From Octopus bimaculoides (lineage: Eukaryota): DNA of 52,215 nucleotides. The notes below the pieces were generated by a model, which did not search any database, was not told the origin of the DNA, and worked only from the letters and a program-made list of their open reading frames with translations. How positions within the stretch are numbered: position 1 is the first letter of the stretch; every line of letters begins with the position of its first letter. The stretch is from NCBI RefSeq assembly GCF_001194135.2, contig NC_069008.1:9865229-9917443 (forward strand). The letters run 5' to 3'. Shown here one piece after another: positions 11,187 to 22,879 of the stretch. A program made the position numbers and the translations under genes.

Positions 11187-11279
11187 CTTTAGCATATAAA
11201 TAATATATAAAATATTCTATTTTATGTTTTATTGCAATTTTGTTTTTATGAACAATATCTTTTGATATACATATATGCA

Positions 11280-11480
11280 TGGGTTAGATGAAATTTGTGA
11301 GGCAGATTTTCTACAGCAAGAAACCCTTCCTGTTGCTAACTTTTGTTTCCCAACAAGGTCATATTTCCCTTCAGCCAGACATATTTTCATAGATGATAGG
11401 AAATGAATGACACAACATGCATGTAGATGATGCTCACTTACAACTATCACACAATATCATGACTAGGAAACAGAAACACA
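11280..11480 (-). mobile_element. SINE tail module B
   Basis: GGCAGATTTTCTA..CCCTTCCTGTTGC.AAC..GTTTCC.A.CAAGGT.ATATTTCC is the reverse complement of 12320-12405. Confidence 0.65.
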
Positions 11481-11519
11481 CACACACACACATGTACACA
11501 CAGATACATACATACACAG

Positions 11520-11880
11520 ATAGGCGTGGTTGTGTGGCAAAAGTGTACTTCCCAGCCACATGGTCTGGATTCAGTCCATTGCATAGCACCTTGGCGATTG
11601 TCCTCTACTCTTGTTTCAGGCTGACCAAAGCCTTGTGGGTGGATTTAGTAGACAAACTGAAAGTAATCTGATGTGTATAATATATATGTGTGTGTGTGTG
11701 TATAACTGTGTATTGTCCTCCACCACCACTTGACAACTGGTGTTGGTGTGTTTATGCCCCCATAACTTAGTAGTTTGGCAAAAGAGACTGATAGAATAAG
11801 TACCAGGCTTGAAAATAAAAAAGGAAATACCAGGGTTGATCCATTTGACTGAAATTTTTTGAATGCAACAAAAGATAAAA
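11520..11880 (+). mobile_element. SINE family A, near full length
   Basis: Same head, CORE-like motif, (TG)n and GATAGAATAAGTACCAGG tail as 2528-2900. Confidence 0.8.
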
Positions 11881-11894
11881 GATGCACAGACACA

Positions 11895-12035
11895 TGATGG
11901 GCTTTCAGTATGTCTGTCACATCCTCTCACAAGACATGGTGCAGTGACTTGCCCAAGGTGCCACTTAGTGAATCTGAACCTGAAACCACATGATTGAGAC
12001 GGAAGATTCTTAACCACATGCTCATGACTGCACCT
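11895..12035 (-). mobile_element. SINE family A head fragment
   Basis: ACTTGCCCAAGGTGCCAC..CTGAACCTGAAACCACATG. Confidence 0.7.
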
Positions 12036-12149
12036 TATTTATGAAATAAGAAAAATGTTCTTATCAAAAGATGGGCGAACTATTCAATATCCTAAAAATT
12101 CCACAACATAACAGTAATCCTGCCCAAGCATACTTAATTCAACTGCCCG

Positions 12150-12435
12150 TGTTTCTCAGGGCATTTGGCAGTATGAGTTGTAGGGTAGTGTACTTGCTAT
12201 TCTATGTGTGTGTGTGTGTGTGTGTGTGTCTCCTTGTCTTAACGTCGTATGATAGTTGTAAATAAATATTGCTATCATACAAGCTGTCATTCATTTCCAA
12301 TCTTTTGTGATAACAGGTGAGGCCATGGAGAAATATTTACCTCACTTGGAAACAGAAGAGGGTTGGCAATAGGAAGGGCTTTTGGCTTTAGAAAATCTGC
12401 CTATATAAACCCTGTCTTTCCCATGCAAGCTTCAA
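12150..12435 (+). mobile_element. SINE with tail module B
   Basis: (TG)n followed by GGCCATGGAGAAATATTTACCTCACTTGGAAACAGAAGAGGGTTGGCAATAGGAAGGGC..AGAAAATCTGCC and a (GAT)n-like end. Confidence 0.7.
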
Positions 12436-13109
12436 AAAGTGAACATTAAAATTAGGATGATTATGTTGATGATATACTCCATATATATGCAGTTTTGTTT
12501 TTATGTACCTTACTGTGTTGTGTTATATATGCATCTATATTTTTATCTATATTTGTCTCCCTCCCTTTGTGTGTGTGTGTATAGTGCCATCACACAAAAC
12601 ACTCAACCCTTGAATCGCTCGGTTACTTATGCTAAATATTAATATATATATACATTTACTCATATTATGGGTTCTATTTTTCTTGTTTGTATCACCATAT
12701 GTATATATCTATATATATTTAATGTTGACATCATTAAAATTCATAAACTTTTTCATGAGATTGTAAAATAATTGTTTTATTTTTGGAACATTGGATCAAA
12801 GCATACATAAAGCTATACATAATACTATGTAAATATTCTGAATATGCAAAAGGGTTTATCAACCCTGCTATCCCCCAAAAATACATAAATGTGTGTGCGT
12901 GCATGCGTGTGTGTGTGTGCGTGCGTGCGTGCATGCATGCACACATAGGTAGTTAATGAGCCAGAATAAAATAGTAACAAAGACTTATGTCTAATTAATC
13001 AAATGTCTGCAATGAGTTGGATAGATTAGACTTTTGCTTATGAAAGTCCAACTTAGGCTCCTAGGAATCATTAATTGTCTGCCTATAAATCTGAACTCTA
13101 TACGTGGCT

Positions 13110-13535
13110 GCTGTAGACACAGACATAGTTGTATGGGTAAGAAGTTTGTTTCCACACTATAGGGTATTGGATTCAGTCCTACTGTGCAGCACCTTGAGTA
13201 AATGTCTTCCATTGTAGTCCAGGCTAACCAAACCCTTTTGTGTGGATTTGGTAGACAGGAGTTGAAAGGAGTTCGTTTGTGTGTGTGTACATATATATAT
13301 GGCACATAAAAGCAGCACCATCCAAATGTGGCCAATGCAAGTGCCCCCTGACTGACTCCCATGCCGGTGGCACATAAAAAGCACCCACTACACTCTCAGA
13401 GTGCTTGACATAAGAAAGGGCATACGGCTGTAGAAACCTTGCCAGATCAGATTGGGGCCTGGTGCAGCCACTGGCTCTCTAGACCATCCAACCCATACCA
13501 GCATGGAAAACGGACGTTAAACGATGATGATGATG

Positions 13536-13540
<5 letters not shown>
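13110..13540 (+). mobile_element. Family-A SINE head directly followed by RTE-like tail C
   Basis: Head at 13110-13290, then ATGCCGGTGGCACATAAAAAGCACCCACTACACTCTC..CAGCATGGAAAACGGACGTTAAACGATGATGATG. Confidence 0.75.
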
Positions 13541-13570
<30 letters not shown>

Positions 13571-14464
13571 AAATAGATTGGAAAAAGTTTTGGTATTATT
13601 TATTCACCATTACAGCTTATAACCCTATCTATATACTACATGTGTGTTTGTCCACCAACACCTTTTGACTATCAGTGCTGGTTTGTTTATATCCCAGTAA
13701 CTTAGTGGTTTGGCGAAAGAAATTAACAGAATAAGTACCAGGTTTAAAAATAAATACTGGGTCGATTTGTTTGACTAAACACTTCTTGAAGGCAGTGCCC
13801 CAGCATGGCCACAGTCCAACAACTGAAACAAGTAAAAGATACATTTACATATGTGTGTTGGTTGAGGACAATGCAGTCCTTAGTCCTTTCTCCTCTCATT
13901 GTTCCTCCATGTGTATGTGTGTCTAGTATCAAGTATGTTGTTTTCATTTACCTTTCAGTTCCGATTGTTCTAGAGCTCTGCACTCTGGGTTCAAATCCCA
14001 TCCTAGTTAGCTTCGTCTTTTATCCTTTGGAGTGGGTAGGAATTGATACATGGAGTACCAATCAAGTAATGGCAACCGATCCTTCTTTATTCTCTGCTTG
14101 TTTATTCTCTTCCTCCTCCTTTTTTTCCTCTCAGGATTGGCAAAGCTGCTCTGAGAGAGGTTTGTGAGAGACTATTGAATAGTGCTTGTAATTCCAGAGA
14201 AAATAAGAGACCCAACTGATATGACTGAGCAAGTGCGATCAATAAAATAAGTACTAGGCTCAAAAAAAAATTCACTTGACCAAAAATTCTTGAAGGCAGT
14301 GCTCCAGCATGGTCACAGGCTGCATCATCCTTCTCTGCATTTTTCTTCTCATTTATTCTTATTTTCTCACTGTTCAGCATCTTTGCTTTTAAAATATTTA
14401 TAACACATAAACAGAGCCTTAAAGTTTGCTTTAAGATACATGGAGTTTTTCATAAATATGTTTA

Positions 14465-16087
14465 AAGTATCATAAAAGCGTGAAACTATTAGTAGCTCTT
14501 TTGGTTGTGTATTAAATTGATATTTATCTCTCACTTGTTAGAGTACTTTTTTGTTGATTCTACCTATATTGGATCTATAAACTATGTGTGTGTGTACATA
14601 AGATATTTGAGGACATACCTTTTTGGGGTCATTGCTGCAATTTTGCTAACTCTGTATAATCTTTGTTTCAGAAAATAATAATGACAGACCCTCAGCTTAC
14701 TCAAGAAATGAAGAGGCATGCTGTTATTGTGCTTATAAATGCTGAGCATAGCGATTTAGAAATATCTTAATATTTAAAAGTTGCCAGATCTTTCATCTAC
14801 AAAGTTTGTAAGGAGTTAGAGACTGAAGATGGAAACGTATCACCAGTAGCAAAGTGTAAAAAGCATTCTAAACACTGAAATCATCAGCGCATCTGAATTT
14901 ATCCAGCAGGTTCAACAGGCCATTGATTACAATCCCAGAAAGTCCATAAGGTCAATTGCAAAAGATCGCCATGTCAGAAGGAACAGTCAGAAATGTTGTC
15001 CACGAAGACATCAGATATAAGTCTTATATGATGAGGAAAGGTCTGTTTGTCAGAAAATGCAAAAGAAAATCACTACATCAGATCAAAAAGGCTCTTAAAC
15101 AAACTGAAAAATCCAGCAGAAGATTTGATTTGATTTTTCTTGTTTGAGATCAAAAAGTTAACTGAAGAAATGACAGATGGTTATGTGCAGACGTTCCAAG
15201 TGAAGTTCCAAGTGTTATGCATACAAAATTTCTTGCAAATGTCACGGTTTTAGGGGTTGTCATCAATGACGGATCTGTGATGCCTCCTTACTTCTTTCCA
15301 CAAGGCCTTAGAGTTAACTCTGCTGCCTACATTGAGGTCCTGGAAATAATTAAGCCCTGGATAGACAGTGTATGCAATGGAAGGCCATATGTGCTTCAGT
15401 AAGACTCTGCACTGTCACACATGGCTCTAGTAACACAGGAATGGATGGTTGAACATTTTCATGATCACATAACCCTTAACATTTGGCCTCCTACTTCCCT
15501 AGATCTCAGTCCATTGGACTATTACATGTGGATCGTTGTTGAGAGAAGTCAATGAACNNNNNNNNNNNNNNNNNNNNNNNNNNNNNNNNNNNNNNNNNNN
15601 NNNNNNNNNNNNNNNNNNNNNATGAACCAGGACCACTTGATTCAAGCATGTAGATGATTTAGATCTCATATAGAAGCAGTTGTTGAAGCTGAAAGTGGCT
15701 TTATTGAATAACATTATAGAAAAGGTTTATTTTTATCCTCACAGCATTTTTTGATAAATAAAGTTATTATCTGTTATTACGTATCTTTTTTATAAACATA
15801 ATTTGTCGTCAAATATCTTACGCACCCTATATATACATAAATATGCCTGTTCAAGTATCATAAAAGCATGAAACTATTAGTAGCTCTTTTGGTTGTGTAC
15901 TAAATTGATTTTTATTTCTCATTGGTTGGAGTACTTTTTTAGTTGATTCTACCTATATTAGATCTATAAACTATGTGTGTGTGTGTGTGTGTGACTATTC
16001 CTGTTGAAGTATCATAAAAGCATGAAACTATTAGTAGCTCTTTTTGTTGTGTACTAAATTGATATTTATCTCTCTCACTGGTTGGAG
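14465..16087 (+). repeat. Local tandem repeat (154-bp period, ~2.6 copies) interrupted by a maT transposon
   Basis: AAGTATCATAAAAGC.TGAAACTATTAGTAGCTCTTTT starts at 14465, 15853 and 16007. Confidence 0.85.
14591..15829 (+). mobile_element. Tc1/mariner superfamily, maT/DD37D-like, degenerate transposase
   Basis: Translation gives VLGVVINDGSVMPPYFFPQGLRVNSAAYIEVL..RPYVLQ*DSALSH..WPPTSLDLSPLDYY. TIRs are (TG)TACATAAGATATTTGAGGAC and GTCGTCAAATATCTTACGCACCCTA, followed by TA. Confidence 0.88.
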
Positions 16088-16249
16088 ACAAAATAATTAA
16101 GTAAATAGAATCTACAACTATTGAAATATATTTCATAGTTTATAACTTGTATTCTTATTACAACAATATTATTGTGATACTTCTGGAAGAATTAATAAAA
16201 TTTGGATATATGCTATTTTAGTCCTTTATCAAAAAAAAATAATATTAAT

Positions 16250-17070
16250 TAAATTTATCGAGGATCGGTACACAATCCTTGTTTATGTTTATCTTACTTT
16301 ATTTTATTTACTGAGTTCTTCCTTCCATAATATACAAATATAAGGACATTTATTTGTTAGTTACTGTGAATAATCTTTATTTAAGTAATTTCAAATCTGG
16401 TTACTTCTGAAAAACTAGTAATATTTTAATAGCCATTATTATAGCCTAACTCTATATCTATAGGTTGTAGTTATTGTAGCTCTAAGTTTATCTTCATATT
16501 TATTACAGAATTCTCCCTCTGATAGAATAAATAAAGAACATTTTTTGTTAGCTACTTTAAACAACTTTTTTAATATCAATAACTTTAAATAAAAAAGAAG
16601 AGTTGTTATATATTACCAATATAATAGTATATTATCATTTATATTTACTTACACATTTTATTACGGTCTCTAGATACTTAATTTATATACCTATATACTT
16701 ATATACTTAATTTATATACCTATATATTGTTGTCGTATGTTATTATAATAGCCAAAGATTGTCTTCAACCTAAACGAGTTTGGATTAATATTATTTGAGA
16801 GAGATAGAAATATTTTTGATAGTTTTAGATTCTATTTACTTAATTATTTTGTCCGTTATAATTTTGTTGTTTTTTTTTCATTGTAATTATGTAGTTGAAA
16901 AATTAATGCTCAGGCTCATAATACATAGGCATTTGAATTAATTTTTTTAATAATCCAGCCATTCTTTCACATGGAATTTCATCGGTCTTTAAAACAAAGC
17001 TCTGATGAGATTTATATAAGTCGATTGAATTGCTTATAAATCTAATAATGTATATAAGTCAAAATAAATT
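16250..17070. mobile_element. Possible highly decayed Penelope-like element relic
   Basis: Minus-strand YYIG (~16625) and KCPYIC (~16350) remnants lie amid many stops. The plus strand has CTGATGA followed by a stem (GATTTATA..TAAATC) at 16992-17043, but no GAAAC. Confidence 0.25.
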
Positions 17071-17399
17071 GTTGGCGCTTTTGGTTTTACAATGATTTTT
17101 TTTATGTTCTCTTATATTATATTATATTCATAGTAGATTATGTTATATTATAATATAAATGATTAGATTGTCAATTGACTCTCTCTATTTAATTTATTAT
17201 ATATATATATATATATCAGCCAAATCAACTCACAAGGCTTTGATAAACCTGGGGCTTTGATTGATGACACGTCCTCAAAGTGTCATGCTATGAGACTGAA
17301 TGCAAGACCACCTTGCTAGGAAGTGAAATTCTTAAATACACACACCCATGCTTGCATTAGATGTTATATATGTATGTGTAATTATATATATATAGATAG

Positions 17400-17467
<68 letters not shown>

Positions 17468-17689
17468 CTCTATGCAAAAAGTTCAAATGTGTCCTGTGCA
17501 CACAAAAGGTACTTAATTATGTTGCTTATGTTTATTTCCATAACTTTGTTAACATGTGTATGTTGCTACAAGTCAATAAGTTTCCTTTTAATTTTGAAAA
17601 ACTTTCATCATCATCATCATTGTCATCATCATTGTTTTACAAGTAGCATCCTTCATTTCCAGTCTTCAATGGAAATGTGCAACCATAGG

Positions 17690-18360
17690 GAAATATTGCT
17701 TTTAAGCTTTTTGCACAAGGCCAGCAATTTCAGTGAGAGTGTTAGGTCAACTAGATTGACCGCAGTGCTCAACTGGTACTTATGTTATCGACGCCAAAAG
17801 TATAGAAGGGAAAGTCAACAACAGTGCAATTGGAACATAAAATGTAGAGACAGAAGAAATGCTGTTAAGTGTTTTGTCTATCATACCAACAATTTTGCCA
17901 GCTTACCATCCTACTAATAGTATTTTCCACTATAGGCACAAGGCCTGAAATTTTGGAGAGGGATATAGTCGATTACATCGACCCCAGCATTTCACTGGTA
18001 CTTAATTTAGTGACTCCAAAGAGATGAAAGGCAAATTTGACTTCAATGGAATTTGAACTCAGAACATAGCAATGAGTGAAATACCGCTAAGCATTTTGTC
18101 CAGTGTGCTAATGATTCTGCCAGGTTGGCACCTGAATAATAGTAGTAGTAATAACGATTTAGAATTGTGGCACAAGGCCAGCAGTTTAGGGGCAAGAGTT
18201 ATGTCAATTAAATTGATCCCAACTGGTACCTATTTTATCAACCTCAAAAGGGTAAAAAGCAAAGTTGACCTCAATGGCATTTGAACTCAGAACATGAAGA
18301 TGTACAGAATGCTGCTAAGCATTTTGCCTGGCTTGCTAATGATTCTGCCAGCTCGCCATC
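17690..18360 (-). mobile_element. Three head-to-tail SINE family E copies
   Basis: CACAAGGCC..AGT..CCCC...TGGTAC.TA.TT.ATC..CAAAG..AAGGCAAA.T.GAC.TCAATGG.ATTTGAACTCAGAACAT is repeated at about 17715, 17935 and 18170. Confidence 0.8.
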
Positions 18361-18879
18361 TTACCATGGGGAAATATCACCTTGCCTGGAAACGGGAGGG
18401 ATGCTAACAAGAAGGGCATCCTGCCATAGAAAATCTTCCTCAATGAATTCCATCTCACCCAAGCAAGCATGGAAAAGTGGACTACTTTGGGTCTTCCTGC
18501 CATCTATCTCACCACCCTCCCACCACCACCACTACCACCACCACCATGCTTTCTCCTTATTCAACAACCTCTTGTAGTAGCATTTCGGTGCATTTTTTGT
18601 TTTGGTATTTGAGGACAAGTGTGGCAGCATCACTTGATATACATCTCTTAAAAAACAAACATCTTGATTCTCTCCTACTTTTGACAAGCTATTTCTCCTT
18701 TAAATGCTAAGGTCTTGAAGGCTTTTTTGCATGCAGGCAAGTATTTCTGTATGTGTTTGGGGATGGGGGGTATTTGTGTATGAGTATGTATAGGTATGTA
18801 CATGTATATACTGGGTGAGCCAAAAATCATGTACCAAAACATTTGATATTTTACTTAAATTATGTTATTGCTGTTATCA

Positions 18880-19095
18880 TTAAGGTGGCGAGCCAGCAGA
18901 ATCACTAGCATGCTGGGCTATATCGCAGTATATTTTTTTATCTTTATGTTCTGAGTTCAAATTCTGCTGAGGTCAGCTTTGCCTTTCATCCTTTCAGGGT
19001 CAATAAAATAAGTACCAGTTGAGCACCTGGGGGTCAGTGTAATTAACTATCCCCCTCTCCTGAAATTGCTGGCCTTGTACCAAATTATTATCATT
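18880..19095 (+). mobile_element. SINE family E, full length
   Basis: TAAGGTGGCGAGCCAGCAGAATC head, TTCTGAGTTCAAATTC B-box-like motif, GCCTTTCATCCTTTCAGGGTCAATAAAATAAGTACCAG body and GGCCTTGT tail. Confidence 0.8.
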
Positions 19096-19299
19096 CATCT
19101 TGTTCGTGTACAAGTATGTCTGTATTCATCATTATTTTATGTATTTTATTCAATTTCTGAAAAACTGAAGCATATCTTTAACAACTATTGAATTAATTAT
19201 GTATGTGACTTTTGGCACATCCCATATATTTGCTTATGTATGTTGTGTGTATTTAAATTTGTATGTAGTTATGTGTATATTGGTATGTTTGTATCTATG

Positions 19300-20720
19300 T
19301 GTGCAGCAGCAGCTGTGTGGTAAAAAAGCTTGCTTCCCAACCATATGGTTCTGGGTTCAGTCCCACTGCATGGCACCTAAGGCAGGTGTCTTCTACTAAA
19401 GCTTCGGGTTAGCCAAAGCCTTGTGAGTGGATTTGACAGAGGGAAACTGAAAGGAACCCATCGTATATATATGTATGTATGTATGTGTGTGTGTCTCTGT
19501 TTGTCCCCCCACCATCGCTTTACAACCAATATTGGTGTGTTAGATCTTGCTGATTTGGCGAACACCATTTTTTATTTAGTTTTTATTTACCGAAACACTT
19601 TAAAACTTTGTATACTTGTATATTTTGTCTTATAGAACAAAGAAGAATTTTTATATTCAAAGTTATTTCATGTTAAAAATTGTCGTATTTTGGTAATTTC
19701 AACCAATCACTGACGTCTATTCAGCTGAATACGGTTACTGCTGTTCTTTGTCAACAATAATTTGTGGCGGTGTATATATCGTCAGTCCCTGGTAATCCTT
19801 TTGAATTAAGCAACAGTTATGCACTGGGAATAATATAATTGACTTACTCCTTTCCTCAAAAACCAGGCCTTGTGCCTAGAAAGGTTTATTAGCTACTGCC
19901 AATATGCTTGAATTACACTATTCTACTTGTTTCAGATGATTGGATAATAGCTAATAAGGGAATCAAGCCAACAAAATAGTTGAAAGAAAGGGCTTCCAAA
20001 CAGTTGCTTCATTTCCTAGAAATAGCAGCCAAATCTTCCTCAAATCAAACTCTACCATCATTTAGAAAATGTGCTACTGAGTACACAGTACATAGAAAAT
20101 TACCGAAAAATTGTTGAACACATTTTCACCAAATTTGGCAAAAATACTCATTGGGTGAGTGGTTTGAAACGAGATTATCTAAAACCCTAGCCCTAACTCT
20201 ATCCCTAACCCTAAAACCCTAAAGCTAAAACCAGTACAAACGCACAAACGATGTCATAAATAACAGTACTGCTGATAGTTGTTGACAAACAACGGCAGTA
20301 ATTTTATTCAAGGGAAAAGATCCCATTACACCACCAGAACGTGTTGTTGACAAACCACAGCAGTAATTGTTTTCACCTCAATAGACGTCAGTGATAAGTT
20401 GAAATTACCGAAATACGACAACCTTTAACATGAAATAACTTGGAATATAGAAAATTTTCTTAACAAGGCTAAGAGAAAAATATGTTTTATATGACACATT
20501 CTACCAGTCTCCCAAGTTTGAAAGTGTTTCGTTAGAAAACAAATAGTGTCTGCCAAATCAGAAAGATCCAGTGTGTTTATGTCCCCATAACTTAGCTGTT
20601 TGGCAAAAAAATTGATAGAATAAGTACTAGGCTTACAAAAAATAAGTCCAGGGGTCGATTAGTTCAACTAAAGGCAAGTGTTCTAGCATGGCCACAGTCA
20701 AATGACTGAAACAAGTGAAA
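19300..20720 (+). mobile_element. SINE family A split by a TIR element (halves 19300-19540 and 20571-20720)
   Basis: Removing 19541-20576 restores ATTGGTGTGTTTATGTCCCC, which matches other family A copies. Confidence 0.85.
19541..20570. mobile_element. Non-autonomous DNA transposon, 1030 bp, ~245-bp TIRs, 6-bp TSD GTGTGT
   Basis: TAGATCTTGCTGATTTGGCGAACAC.. (19541-~19785) matches the reverse complement of ~20322-20570. The TSD is at 19535-19540 and 20571-20576. Internal (CTAACC)-like repeats lie at 20179-20232. Confidence 0.88.
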
Positions 20721-21859
20721 GAGTATATATATATTTGCTTATGTTTGTATCTATGTGTATATGCACGTGTGTGCACATGTCAGCATATGTTTGCATGTAC
20801 GTATAGATATGTATGTGTACACAGGTATGTTAATTCTAGGAATTGCTCAGAAAACTTACTAAATGTAGTAGATATTTTGTTTCCTAGGTAACTAATAACT
20901 AATGGAGGTGGGACACAAGGATAGTAAGATAACTTAGGTAAGAAAAGAATAGGTGGAGACAGTTTAGGGAGCTGCTACCCATTTTGTTAATGTTAAGGGA
21001 AAATTAAAGCTGTTAATTGATATTGTTGTTACTGGTGCTATTGTGGTGGCTGTTGCTGTTGCAATTTAGATCCAGCTCAGCCCTGATCATATAGTTCTAC
21101 TCTTAAAGGCATTCCAGCTATGACCATCTTGACATTTTCCTGTGTGCAGACAATCCAGGAATGCGTGATCCAATATGTCCTTTTTGAAATAAAATGCTAT
21201 TTGGGAGAGATTTGGTTGCTACTTCTAGCAAGTTTAGCTACCATATAGAGATCACCCTATTTGAGTCACACACACACATATATATATAAACACGTGTGAT
21301 TTGAGGTTCAATCAGGTCCAGTTACCATGTAGAGATTTCTCACATTAGCTTATTCATTTATACATACAAATGATTGTAAGGGAGATTTTGCTGCAATTTC
21401 TACTAGTTCTAGTTATACCATGTTGAGAATCCCTCAGAAACTGTGGCAAGTATTCAAGTAGTTGTTACTTTGTCAAGCAAGAAAGTCATTTTTTATGGCT
21501 AAGATGGAATTTCTATGTGGTCACTTAGTTTGCTGAAAATAGTAGTAAAATCTATCACAAACAAAATGTATGTATGCTTCTATCGTTCTCTCTCTCTCTC
21601 TCTCTCACTCTCTGTATATAGATATGTATGTGTAATCAAGGCTGAGCTGGGTCTAAATAGCTGCAGCAATAAGAATAACAGCACCAGCTGCAGCAATAAT
21701 ATCAATTAACTGCTATAATTATCCCTTCAACACTAATGGCAGCATGATGAGTAACAGCTCCCTAAAAATCCATATTCCATGCTGGCGTGGGTTGGACATC
21801 GTCATCATCATTGTTTCAAATAAATACATAGTTAAACGTGTGTAAGTGTATGCCTTTTA

Positions 21860-22110
21860 TCTTTCCCTTGTTTCAGTCATTAGACTGCGACCATGCTGGG
21901 GTACCACCTTAGGCCTGGTACCTATTCTATTGGTCTGTTTTGCTGAACTGCTAAGTTGCCGGAACATAAACTCACCAACACTTGTTGTCAAGCAGTGGTG
22001 AGGGACAAACGCACATACACACACACACATATATGATGGGCTTCTTTCAGTTTCTGAGGCTATAGCAAAAGACACGTGTCCAAAGTGACATGCAGTGGGA
22101 CTGAACTCCA
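21860..22110 (-). mobile_element. SINE family A
   Basis: GTTTCAGTCATT.GACTGCGACCATGCTGG..GATGGGCTTCTTTCAGTTT..GCAGTGGGACTGAAC. Confidence 0.75.
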
Positions 22111-22384
22111 GGTTGATTTGTTCAACTAAACCCATCAAGGCAGTACTTCAGCATGGCTGCAGACCAATGCCTGAAATGAATACAATATATGGACTAAATA
22201 GAACTGGAAGAAACACATGGATGGAAGAGTTGCTGAAGAGGTCACAGATATGTGACAAAAGATTTCCAGACAATGGACATAAGATAAGGCCAATAATAAA
22301 CAAGTGAAGAAAAAATATATAGTGTGATTGTTTATTTGGCAAGAGAAAAAAGAATGACCATTCCCAAATATAACAACATACATA

Positions 22385-22860
22385 TCGTCATCATCATCAT
22401 TGTTTAATGTCCGCTTTCCATGCTAGCATGGGTTGGACGATTTGACTGAGGACTGGTGAACCAGGTGGCTACACCAGGTTCCAATCTGATTTGGCAGAGT
22501 TTCTACAGCTGGATGCCCTTCCTAATGCCAACCACTCCGAGAGTGTAGTGGGTGCTTTTACGTGCCACCGGCATGAAGGCCAGTCAGGTGGTACTGGCAA
22601 TGGCCACGCTCAAAATGGTGTATTTTACATGCCACCAGCACATGAGCCAGTCCATCGGCACTGGCAACGATCTTGCTCGAATGTCTTTTCACGTGCCACC
22701 GGCACAAGTGCCAGTAAGGCTACGTTGGTAACGATCATGCTCAAACGGTGCTATTTATGTGCCACCGGCACGGAAGCCAGACAGCTGCTGTAGCAATGAT
22801 CACGCTCGGACGGTGCTCTTAGTGCTCCACTGGTACAGGTGCTATCATGATTTCGTGTTT
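22385..22860 (-). mobile_element. RTE-like 3' end (module C) with ~65-bp hairpin tandem array
   Basis: (CAT)n tail, TTTAATGTCCGCTTTCCATGCTAGCATGGGTTGG, then 4-5 units of TTTTAYGTGCCACCGGCAC..GCCAGT..CTGGCAACGATC..GCTCG. Confidence 0.85.
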
Positions 22861-22879
22861 ATTGCTCCTGGTGCCCTAT

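Noticed and set aside
18880-18980. tRNA-like A/B boxes (also at the heads of SINE families A and D)
   Set aside because: No complete cloverleaf is present and each continues into a repeat body; these are SINE heads, not tRNA genes.
20179-20232. Interstitial telomere or chromosome-fusion scar
   Set aside because: The repeats are short and degenerate and lie inside a TIR element with a TSD, so they arrived as transposon cargo.
22555-22850. CRISPR-like reading of the hairpin repeat-spacer array
   Set aside because: The context is eukaryotic with no cas genes. The intervening segments are homologous to one another rather than unique spacers, and the array is part of a retroposon 3' end.
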